37,807 nucleotides of DNA from Octopus bimaculoides (lineage: Eukaryota): NCBI RefSeq assembly GCF_001194135.2, contig NC_068986.1, positions 63,112,832 through 63,150,638 of the forward strand, written 5' to 3'. This document shows, one piece after another, positions 24,945-34,499 of the stretch. The notes under the pieces are model-generated. The model searched no databases and was not told where the DNA came from. It saw nothing but the letters and a program-made list of their open reading frames with translations. Position numbers and translations under genes: made by a program. Position 1 is the first letter of the stretch; every line of letters begins with the position of its first letter.

Positions 24945-25270
24945 TAAAGGCATGTGGCTTAGTGGTAACCACTATTCGGCCCATGATCATAAGGCCATGA
25001 GTTTGATTCCCAGCAGCATGTTGTCTCCTTGAGCAAGACACTCTATTTCACATTGCTCCAATTCACTCAGCTGGCAAAAATGAGTAGTACCTGTATTTCA
25101 AAGGGGCAGTCTTGTCACATCCTGTATCTTGCTGAATATCCCTGAGAACTACGTTAAGAGCACACATGTCTGTAGAATGCTCAGCAACTTGCCTGTTAAT
25201 TTCATGAGCAGGCTGTTCTGGTGATCAGATCAACTGGAACCCTCATTGTCATAATCAATGGAGTGCCAGT
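24945..25270 (+). mobile_element. tRNA-derived SINE family C
   Basis: A-box-like GTGGCTTAGTGGTAA, B-box-like GAGTTTGATTCCC, then TCCTTGAGCAAGACACTCTATTTCACATTGCTCCAATTCACTCAGCTGG, a central domain typical of invertebrate SINE superfamilies. Confidence 0.8.
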
Positions 25271-28200
25271 GGTAGTTGTGATGCTGCTCATTGCTGTTGT
25301 TTATTATGGTAGATGTGGTGATGGTAGTGTCAGTGATGACAGTGGTTGCTCTTATATAATGTTTGCAATGGTGGTTGGTCATTGGTAGTTGTGTTACGGA
25401 AATATTGTTGTTGTGATGATTGCCACTTCTGCTATTGTGATAGTTGTCGTAAAGTTAAAATTCTGCTATCCTAAATTAAACACCATACCAATTACTGTTT
25501 TTTTCTTTCTCATTCCTTCCTACACATTTTCCCCTTTTATTTTGTTTCTGTGTGTGTGGTTACATTTTATTTTATTTTTCATTTGAAACTGAAAATTTAT
25601 TATAAAACGTTATATAGAAGTATATGCCTACTGAATATAAATTGTTTCATTTGGCAAACTATAGAAGGAAAAAGAAGTAGAGAGGGGTGTCTTTGTAGTC
25701 ATTAACTTTTGTCTTAAGTAAAATAGCAACAAAGGGAAAATATATATAATTAACAGAAATATATCAAAAACTTATTCTCTTGCCAGGCAAAAATTAAAAA
25801 CAAATATGACATCTTAAAAGAAACATTTAAATTACACATGCACACACACACGTGTATGTGTGTGTGTACAGTATGACTGTATGGGCAGATGAGTAGAGTG
25901 TGCATATGTAAAGGTAGTGTGTATATTTGTAAAATTAATGGATGTCTATTATGAATAAAATACATCAATGTGTTTATGTGTATATATAGTAAAGTGTATT
26001 GTATATATATACATACATATACACTATCAACCTACCCTCACACACATACACTTCATCTACTCCCTCCTCCCCATAAATTACCTACTTACTGTATTTATAT
26101 ATGTTTGTTTATATGTTTGAGTGTGTGTATGTGTTTGTGTGTGTACATGTACACACATAAATGATAAAAATCAAATAGAATTAAACATGTAAATTGCCTG
26201 TGATTGTTCTTTTAAAAATGTTTCTTATTGAATTTCCTCACTTTTGCTAACACTAACTGCTGCCATCTCCTTGTTTATTGTTTGCATTGTAAGCAATCAT
26301 ACAGTTGGTTGAAGAAATATTTCCACCAAGAATTTATTGTTTGCAATAAGTTAATAAGTTGAAATAATGCTTCAAGCTTGTTATCTCGACAATGCGGTGA
26401 CACAGGAATAAAAGGCAATACTCCTCATACTGCTGATAATAAATTCCGGCTTCTCATATGAATTGAACTGATGCATATGAAAATAGAAATTATTGCTATT
26501 TGATAGTTTGAGTTTGCAATGGCTAGTATTCACCTTTTTTTTCATTTTTCTCTCTTTTTTTATTATTGGTTTGGTTTTGTTCTCCTAAAGCTTTTGTCCA
26601 TGCACAGTTCCAATGCAATTCTTTTGATGGCTTTATAAGTTCAAAGCCAACACCTAAGCCTATCCATTAAATTCTGCTAAAGAGGCTAATATTGATACAA
26701 AGCTGGAGTATGTTGCATGACCTCTACTAACCAGATCAATAGAACATTGATTTGCAACAGCTGAGGAATAAGGTTCAATCTTTCTAACTAAACCCATTCC
26801 TTCCCTCATTTCCCTCATTTTCTTTCTTTCTTTTCTCCATTTTTTCTTTCTTCCTTTCTATCTTTTTATGTTTCTAATATTCTTTCTTTCTTTCTTTCTT
26901 TCTTTCTTTCCTATGATATTCACCTTAGAAGTAGTGAAAACATCATTGGTTGTTTTAGGGGGGAATTCTATATGATTCACTTTTTTTCTTTTTTAACACT
27001 AAGGATGTATGTTGCATAAGTTTTGTGATGTATTATCTCAGCTGGAAACGAAGAGTGTTCATGCACATGCACATATTTGTGTGTGTATATTTGTGTTTGT
27101 GAGGAGAGAAGATTATATGAGACAAATATATGTAAGAATCATAATGCTGTATAGCTGTGAAGCATGACCAGTGAAGGCACAAGATTTGTTGCAGTCAAAT
27201 AGAAATGATGGCCAGTGTTAACTTATAAGAAAGTCTGAACACTAATTAGTGGAAAAACATGAGCCATCAAAGGCACAAAGAGAAGTTATTTAGTCCTAAA
27301 TCAAGCATACTGTGATTAAAAGTGTTAATGTGCCTTTGTGTCTTTATTATTATTTTTTTTAAGATAAAACATTTTGGGGTGTGTTTTGAGGGAGATTTGG
27401 ACCAGTAATGTAACAAGATGAAAACTTTTCCCGAGTTGATGATGGAAGATAGTCAGGATTGGAATAGACCAAAGAATTATGTCAACTCAACAACATTGAG
27501 CTTCACTGTCTCACAAAATGGAGAAGCATCAGGTGATGTCTTAATACACATTTATTCAATTCGAAGCAAAGCTGATTATTTTGTAAAATTATTAGTTTGT
27601 AGAAAAAGTATGTTATTCCATAGTACTTCACAACCCCTGTAGCCTGGTGAGGCAGATGTGGTTATGTTCAGATTGAAACTCTAGTAATTGGTATTTTGTG
27701 AGGAAACTGAAGAGGAGAATTGTTCCAGAAGAATAAATGAATGAAGAAGTGTTTAGTACAAAGTGTAGGGAGTAGAGGAGCAAAGGACAGTTGGGTGTAT
27801 CAATTAAGTCGTGGTAGCAGAATTAATTCCATCATTTCAATTTTCTCTCTCTCTCTTTCTCTTGTGCTTTTAATTTCATTGGAGACATTGAGAACATCAT
27901 TATATTCCATATTTGTTTTTCTGACTGTCTTGGGAGACTGTTTCATTTGATGTTTTTAACTTCATTGCTTTACTTCAGAGTACAAACTATATTGCCAAAA
28001 CCTTAATATTTCTATATATAAATCTAATATAAGATAAAAAAAAAAATTCTGTTGCTTTATCTGAAATTTCTGATGAAAAGTTAATTATGCTACTTGATCT
28101 GTAGAGCAAAAAAATTGGACAACCTGTTGATGAGTCTTGAGACCATATAGGACTTTAATCTGAATTCATGGTTTTGTACTGATGTTAAAAAGTAAATGAC

Positions 28201-28389
28201 ACATTGGATAATGTAGTGCAAGGTGCATTTTACCTGAAGAAAAAAAATAGATTTGATGATTACAGATGGAGTGCCTTTTAATAACCCTGCAGAATCAGAA
28301 CTGACTGGATTGGAAAAAAAACTGTTATATATACACACAATTACATAAACCTCTTGGTAAGTAATTTTTAACATAGGCATAAGGATAGA

Positions 28390-28570
28390 AATTTAGGGAA
28401 GGGAATAGTTGATTATATCACCTTCAATACTCAACTGGTACTTTTATTAACCTCCAGAAGGATGAAAGACAAAGTTGACTATGATGGTTATGAACTGATA
28501 GCGTAAATAACTGGAACAAATAGTGTAAGGCATTTGTTTGATGCTCTCATGATTCTGCTATCCATTGCCT
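28390..28570 (-). mobile_element. SINE family B, diverged
   Basis: CTCAACTGGTACTTTTATTAACCTCCAGAAGGATGAAAGACAAAGTTGAC. Confidence 0.75.
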
Positions 28571-28589
28571 AATATTGGTTTCAACTTTT

Positions 28590-28808
28590 GGCACAACAAA
28601 GCCAGTAATTTCAGGGTAACAGGTAAGTCAATTAAATCAACCTCAGCACTCAACTGGTACTTATTTTATCAACCTCAAAAGGATGAAAGGTACAATCTAC
28701 TATGGCGGCATTTGAACTTCGAGTGTGAAGTTAGAAGAAATGCTGCTAAGCATTTTGTCCAGTGCGATAAGAACTCTGCCAGCTTGCTGCCTTCCATTGC
28801 CCTAATAT
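28590..28808 (-). mobile_element. SINE family B
   Basis: CTCAACTGGTACTTATTTTATCAACCTCAAAAGGATGAAAGG...ATTTGAACT...GCTAAGCATTTTGTCCAG...CTCTGCCAGCTTGCTGCC. Confidence 0.82.
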
Positions 28809-29024
28809 AAACTAATAATTTATGTTTATGTATTATATAAAGCTCTAAATGAATAAGCATTTTCACTATAAATATAAATTTCTAATGGTTAAAAATAGAT
28901 AGCAAGTTACAGTGATCTGAGAATGTTATACAGACCTTCAGTGTGTTTCAAAACATCAAGAACCTCTTCTATTTCTCATTCACATGGAACAAAGCACCTG
29001 CTTTCTCAGAGGGTTACTTTAAAC

Positions 29025-29412
29025 TTCTCTTTTCTCTTTCACTTGTTTATTGGACTCCTGTTATGCTGGGGCATTGCCTTGAAGGATTTTACTCAAACAA
29101 ATTGATCCCAATACCTTTTTTTTAAGCCTGGTGCTAATTTTATCAGTCTTTTATGCCAAAATAAGTTACAGGAATGTAAATAAACCAACACTGGTTGTCA
29201 AGTGGCATTGGGGGACAAACACAAATATCCACACACATATATATATGCATGTATGCATGACAAGCTTCTTTCAGTTTCTGTCTACCAAATCCACTCACAA
29301 GGCTTTGGTCAGCTCAAGGCTATAGCAGAAGATATTTGCCCAGGTGCCACACAGTGGGACTGAACTTGGAACTATGTAGTTAGGAAGCAAACTTCTAACC
29401 ACATAGCCATGT
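29025..29412 (-). mobile_element. tRNA-derived SINE family A with 3' extension
   Basis: Reverse complement of the 17725-18190 architecture, including the tail and the head GTGGTTAGAAGTTTGCTTCC. Confidence 0.88.
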
Positions 29413-29544
29413 CTGAATATATTTTGTTTATTTGTCTTTCCTGGCCTAAAAACATATGTATATGAATTTAATTAAGCTTTTAACAGGTTGTAATGTATAT
29501 AAAATTTCTCATAATGTCATCTTTTCTGTATAAGATATAGCTGG

Positions 29545-29765
29545 TTTGAATGTATGTAATGATGGTGGTCTTGGCTGAATAGACTTATGATCAAAAGTAG
29601 TCCAGCTGTAATCACTCTACCTTTTTTACCTTTTCTTTTCAGGCATCATGTATCTTTATACATTATCTTATGGTGTATTTTAGATGCCATCTTTTTGGGG
29701 AATAACGGAGATAATAGAGTGTAAATTAAAAGAAATTTGTCTGTTATTTCTATCCGGTTTCTATA
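29545..29765 (+). repeat. Dispersed family D, diverged
   Basis: ATAGACTTATGATCAAAAGTAGTCCAGCTGTAATCAC...TACATTATC..ATGGTGT. Confidence 0.55.
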
Positions 29766-30516
29766 TAGGCTCATATAAATGGTGGTTATTGTTGCAGTTG
29801 TTAGGTAGCTACAGTTTTCTATAAATGCACTGATTTTGCTTCAAGGTGCATTTGTCCATAAGTCAAAGTGTTGAACAGTTGTCCTGGAGGTCATGAGATC
29901 AAATTCAATTATCAGTATTACATATGTATGACCTTTAATAAGACCTTTTGCTATAATGGGTTCACTTGATGCAACTGAATTCCCTTTCATTTTTAAGGTG
30001 GTGTTTTGAGAATTCAGCTGTAAGCATATTCTTCAACAATTTATAAAAATATTCATATTTGCAGATTTATTCAATTCATAACAGCATGGAATAGGCTGTT
30101 GTACATGTATATTCATTACTATACACTAGAAAACAATACATTTCCAAGGTGAAAAGATGCATTTTTCATTGATGGAAATCATATTATGTGGTTTGAACCA
30201 TGTTATTGACTGGTTTGATTCCCATTGAAGAAAAGAAAAAAAACTATATATTTTTTTCTTTGCAGCAGGATGTTTGCAAATGTATACGGATTAATATTTT
30301 TGCACAAAGAGTCCCTACTATAACTTGAGAATTGTATAGAGAAAAAAACAAAAAACATAGACAGCAGTAAATTCAACACGTCCTCACAAGTCTAAGAACT
30401 GCTTACCTAATGACTTCCAATTCAGCGAAATAGAGTATCAGTGATCAGGTGTAGAATGAAAGCCTCTGATACCTGGTAATATACAAAATAAAATAGGAGT
30501 GGATATATATATATCT

Positions 30517-31410
30517 ATTTCATTATCTATCCATGTAAACACAGTTTTGTCTTCCATACCATATGTTTAGAGAAAATATTAAGAACCCTTCGCTCAATCC
30601 AACTCTCCCTCTTTCTCCCTCTCTTTCACACTCATTTATTGTCATTTATTCATTCATTTATCTAATCTTGTCACAGTTTGGCTAACTGAAAACTGTTGGT
30701 TATAGCTTTAGTTAAAAATTCAAATGCCCAATTCTATCTCATTATTATCATTAATATTTTCTCACACTGGCAGCCTGAGTTTTTGCATTTTCACAGTGCC
30801 CAATTCTATCTCATTATCAGAATTAAGTTAAACATATTCATTCAATTATGTTACCCTAAATCCCAAAATTCCGTTTCCTCGTGTTCTGTCCTCGACCAGC
30901 CTAACCCTGATCTCTCTCTCTCTTCCTCTCTCTCTCTCTCAATTTCATTAACCATTTGCTACTCCCAACACTTTACCTCTGCTCCCCCACCCCATATAAA
31001 CTCGCTCCTTCAGATTCCCTTACCTCATACTTTAATACCTTGCCACAGGGAGTAGAAACCAGAAGATATTCAGATAAGCAACCCTGTTTTCCAATCTAGC
31101 ACACATCTAAAACCTCTTTTTCAGCACAGATATTAATCACTTCATTATTTCATTTCATTATCTATGCAAACATAGTTTCATCTTCCATGCCATATGTTTA
31201 GAGAAAAAATTCACTCAGTCCAACTCTCTTTGTTTCTCCCTCTCTTTCATGCTCAGTTATTATTGTCATTTGTTCATTCATTTATCTAATCTTGTCACAG
31301 TTTGGCTGACCAAAAACTGTTGGTTAATGCTCCAGTTAAGAATTCAAATACCCAATTCTGTCTCATTATTATCATTAATATTTTCTCATACTGGCAGCCT
31401 GCATTTTTGC
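30517..31410 (+). repeat. Tandem duplication of a ~265-bp unit (30517-30787 and 31152-31410, period ~635 bp)
   Basis: Collinear matches: ATTTCATTATCTAT, TCTTCCAT.CCATATGTTTAGAGAAAA, TTCATTTATCTAATCTTGTCACAGTTTGGCT, CCCAATTCT.TCTCATTATTATCATTAATATTTTCTCA.ACTGGCAGCCTG. Confidence 0.9.
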
Positions 31411-31595
31411 TGTTTCGTGGTGTACCCGCCTTTCCCACCACCTGTACCAGAAGTCTCTATTCTATGACCTCTATTGGATGTCTCTCCCATGAACACCTCC
31501 AAAAGCTTAATGTTCTCCCATCCCTACTTAGGGTTTATCTCCCATGGAGGAATTTCAACCATGTTTTGTGGTCTGCTACCACAACAGCTCCTTTA

Positions 31596-32012
31596 TAGGA
31601 TCCAGTTAGCTCAAGACATCATCAGGAGGAACCACATCCGGTTTCGGCCCCTACTCCTCTACCGTTTTGACGTGGCGGGGCCACCCCCTTTCGGAGGTGT
31701 CTTCAGCTCTGGTGCTGAGTGCATGTCTTCTTTCACTGTTTGTGACTGTTCTAATTCAACTGTGGAATGTCCCTCGCTATGGTTATTTTCCAGGCGGTTC
31801 TGGCCACACGTCTTACGGTTCATCAACCCGCGTTGTTGAATTACTTTCTTCCGACATACCTTCCCTTGGTGGATTAGGATCCAGTTAGCTCAAGACATCA
31901 TCAGGAGGAACCACGTCCGGTTTCGGCCCCTACTCCTCTACCGTTTTGACGTGGCGGGGCCCCTCCTTTCGGAGGTGTCTTCAGCTCTGGTGTTGGGTGC
32001 ATGTCTTCTTTC
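31596..32012. repeat. CpG-rich 139/138-bp direct repeat (31596-31734 and 31875-32012; period 279 bp)
   Basis: Near-identical copies (about six differences by eye): TAGGATCCAGTTAGCTCAAGACATCATCAGGAGGAACCAC...GGTGTCTTCAGCTCTGGTG.TG.GTGCATGTCTTCTTTC. Confidence 0.97.
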
Positions 32013-32159
32013 TTCTATTCCCTGGCCTCTTCGATGCAGCATCAACAAGTGTCAGCGTCCGACTGATCGTCATGTCAAGTTCCCCTTTTTATATGTAGTG
32101 ATTATGTAGCACATAAAATGATGGTGTAGTGTATGCAGGCTGAAGGTTAATGTATGTTT

Positions 32160-32945
32160 ATGAGTTCTGCCAAATGTGAGCTTTCTTTTCAGGTACATGA
32201 CACCGCTTTCCCACATCCCAGGGTCTTGTGGGCCCACACCCTCAGAGTTGGTACACTTAATGTTGGCACACTAAAAAGGTAGGTCTGATGAAATTGTTGA
32301 GATGCTTGAACGGAGATGTGTAGATTTGTGCTGCATCCAAGAAGTAAGGTGGAGAGGAAGTTCTGCCAGGTTCCTCACAGGCAAAGAACATGGGTATAAG
32401 ATTTTCTGGGCTGGGAAAACTGACAGGATCAGGGGCATGGGTATACTTCTTGTGGAGAAATGGGTTAAGGTAATTGAGGTAGTCAGAGTCTGTGATAGAA
32501 TACTTACGATTTAATTAGTGCTGCAACATGGATTAGCAACCATTATCTTGGCCTATGCCCCTCATCTAGGGCTACCTGATGAACAGAAAGACTGATTTTA
32601 TGACACTCTCTTGCAGACTACCTTGTCAATGAATGACAGGGACCTTCTCTTTGTGGCTGACAACTTCAGTGGGCATGTTGGACAACATACAGGGGGCTTC
32701 TATGGCGTACATGGAGGTTATGGTTTTGGGTCCCGCAATGCGGAGGGAACCAGGCTGCTGGAGTTCTGCAATGCAAATGATCTTATGGTTTGTAATACTA
32801 ACTTCAGGAAACCTGCCACTCACCTATTCACCTACCGATCTGGTGGACACACTAGCCAAATTGACTACATCCTCACCAGAAAAAGGGAAAGATGGCTGCT
32901 TATAAATGCCAAAACCTTTCCAGGTGAGGAATGCACCCCACAAAA
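32160..32945 (+). mobile_element. Decayed RTE-clade LINE, N-terminal APE endonuclease; 3'-truncated; same family as 622-2022
   Basis: ATG at 32160 leads into LRVGTLNVGTLK. After a frameshift: EIVEMLERRCVDLCCIQEVRWRG, YKIFWAG, AYAP, FVADNFSGHVG, GFGSRNAEGTRLLEFC, TYRSGGHTSQIDYIL, KTFPGEECTPQ. Confidence 0.93.
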
Positions 32946-33006
32946 TATATAAAGCAGTTGTTTATTGTCAACTTAATGTGACAGACCCATTAAGGGAATC
33001 ATACTG

Positions 33007-33215
33007 CTGCTATTTAGCCCTAGGAAGCTGGACCATTTCCTGTTGGCCATGACACATTTCCTGTGTCCTTATATTTGTGAAGAGGAGACAGGCTTTCCCA
33101 CCCAGCTTTAGTCTGCATTCAGGGACATATTACTGAGTCATTGCTCATCATCAGCCTGAAGTAGCCGACCAGCTGGTTGAAAAAACCTGTCTAGCTTCCT
33201 AGGGCTAAATAACAG
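33007..33215. repeat. ~210-bp module bounded by 27-bp inverted repeats (33007-33033 and 33189-33215)
   Basis: CTGCTATTTAGCCCTAGGAAGCTGGAC vs GTCTAGCTTCCTAGGGCTAAATAACAG: reverse complements with 2 mismatches. Confidence 0.9.
33118..33160 (-). ncRNA. Degenerate minimal type I hammerhead ribozyme motif
   Basis: Minus strand: UUCAGG-CUGAUGA-UGAG(caauga)CUCA-GUAA-UAU-GUC-CCUGAA. Stem I has 6 perfect bp and stem II has 4 bp. The CUGAUGA core is intact, GAAA reads GUAA (A13U), stem III is 2 bp, and the cleavage triplet is GUC. Confidence 0.72.
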
Positions 33216-33430
33216 GTAAAACACAACCATTCCATAAAATTAAGGAAAACCTTAGATATATTAATGCTAATAGTAATCATCTACCTTCAATTAAGAAATA
33301 GTTGACATATAATATAGGTAAAAGAATATGGTTGTTTCCTTCTAATTTTAAGATTTTCCAAAAACATGCACCTTATTATAATGAAGCCCAGCGGGAGGCG
33401 GGATATAATACTAATATTAAATTCTTTAGT
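33215..33430 (+). mobile_element. Penelope-like element (PLE) RT C-terminal fragment
   Basis: Single frame GKTQPFHKIKENLRYINANSNHLPSIKK*LTYNIGKRIWLFPSNFKIFQKHAPYYNEAQREAGYNTNIKF. This resembles the PLE RT thumb consensus PFHKP..(L)YI...SNHPP.I.K.I...I..RI......F......Y..AL..SGY. One in-frame stop. Confidence 0.82.
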
Positions 33431-33549
33431 AATTCTAAATATAATTATAATATAATAGATTATAATATAAATGATTCCTATATTTTTTATAATAATAAAC
33501 CTAACATTAAGAATTATGATAAGTTTTAGGTAATTTTGGTATTAATAGG

Positions 33550-33648
33550 TATGGCTTTCCATAAACAACCTTGACTGGACTTGTCCCTCAGAGGGTAACT
33601 TTCTAGGTGCAATCCCATGGTCATTCATAACCGAAGGGAGGCTCCTCC
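33550..33648 (+). repeat. SINE-like 3' tail fragment
   Basis: TTCCATAAACAACCTTG...GAGGGTAACTTTCTAGGTGCAATCCCATGGTCATTCATAACCGAAGGG resembles a common cephalopod SINE 3' end (from recall, not verified), followed by (AT)n. Confidence 0.45.
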
Positions 33649-33650
33649 TC

Positions 33651-33683
<33 letters not shown>

Positions 33684-33684
<1 letters not shown>

Positions 33685-34023
33685 CCACACTGACACTATC
33701 CTCAATATTGCAGTGGAAAAAACACCACTACTCACAGACCATGACATGGTTCTCTGTGATCTGAGATTTTGCCACATATATTTGTCACAGTATCTACAAT
33801 GATGTGTTTATGTTGGAGAGGGTGTGTGTGTGTGTGAAGGCTCAATCAACTTGTGAAATATCATGATTGATCGCATTCCAGTCTACATTATGAAGATCCA
33901 GTGTCAAATGGATGAACTGGAGAGATACCACTGGATTAGATCTTTGGGTGGCAGAATCTCAGATCATGGTCTGAGAATAGTGGTGTTTTTTCCACTGCAA
34001 TATTGAGTATAGTGTCAGTGTGG

Positions 34024-34024
<1 letters not shown>
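33684..34024. mobile_element. MITE/foldback-like element with ~80-bp terminal inverted repeats between (TA)n tracts
   Basis: 33684-33775 is the reverse complement of 33948-34024, with a few substitutions and a ~15-nt insertion in the left arm. Ends are ACCACACTGACACTAT / ATAGTGTCAGTGTGGT, with TA and TA-repeat tracts on both sides. Confidence 0.85.
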
Positions 34025-34092
<68 letters not shown>

Positions 34093-34355
34093 TGTATGTA
34101 TNNNNNNNNNNNNNNNNNNNNNNNNNNNNNNNNNNNNNNNNNNNNNNNNNNNNNNNNNNNNNNNNNNNNNNNNNNNNNNNNNNNNNNNNNNNNNNNNNNN
34201 NNNNNNNNNNNNNNNNNNNNNNNNNNNNNNNNNNNNNNNNNNNNNNNNNNNNNNNNNNNNNNNNNNNNNNNNNNNNNNNNNNNNNNNNNNNNNNNNNNNN
34301 NNNNNNNNNNNNNNNNNNNNNNNNNNNNNNNNNNNNNNNNNNNNNNNNNNNNNNN

Positions 34356-34400
<45 letters not shown>

Positions 34401-34460
34401 TTATATGTATGTATATCTATATATGTATATATATATATATATATGTGTGTACATATATGT
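34025..34460. repeat. (TA)n/(ATGT)n microsatellite spanning an assembly gap (N 34102-34355)
   Basis: Direct reading. Confidence 0.95.
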
Positions 34461-34499
34461 ATGTATCGCAATGTATTTTGTTTTGCAACCATAATTTAC

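Noticed and set aside
28225-28250. Minus-strand TTTTTTTTCTTCAG|GTAAAA resembling a recursive splice site
   Set aside because: It lies inside a family D repeat fragment (28190-28285), and no host transcript is known.
31415-32090. HDV-like, twister or pistol ribozyme upstream of the RTE
   Set aside because: I could not fit P1/P1.1/P2/P3/P4 with the catalytic C, or the twister/pistol consensus motifs, on either strand by eye.
32181-32198. Splice-acceptor-like CTTTCTTTTCAG|GTAC just upstream of the RTE endonuclease motifs
   Set aside because: An in-frame ATG at 32160 reads through it, so splicing is not needed to explain the ORF.
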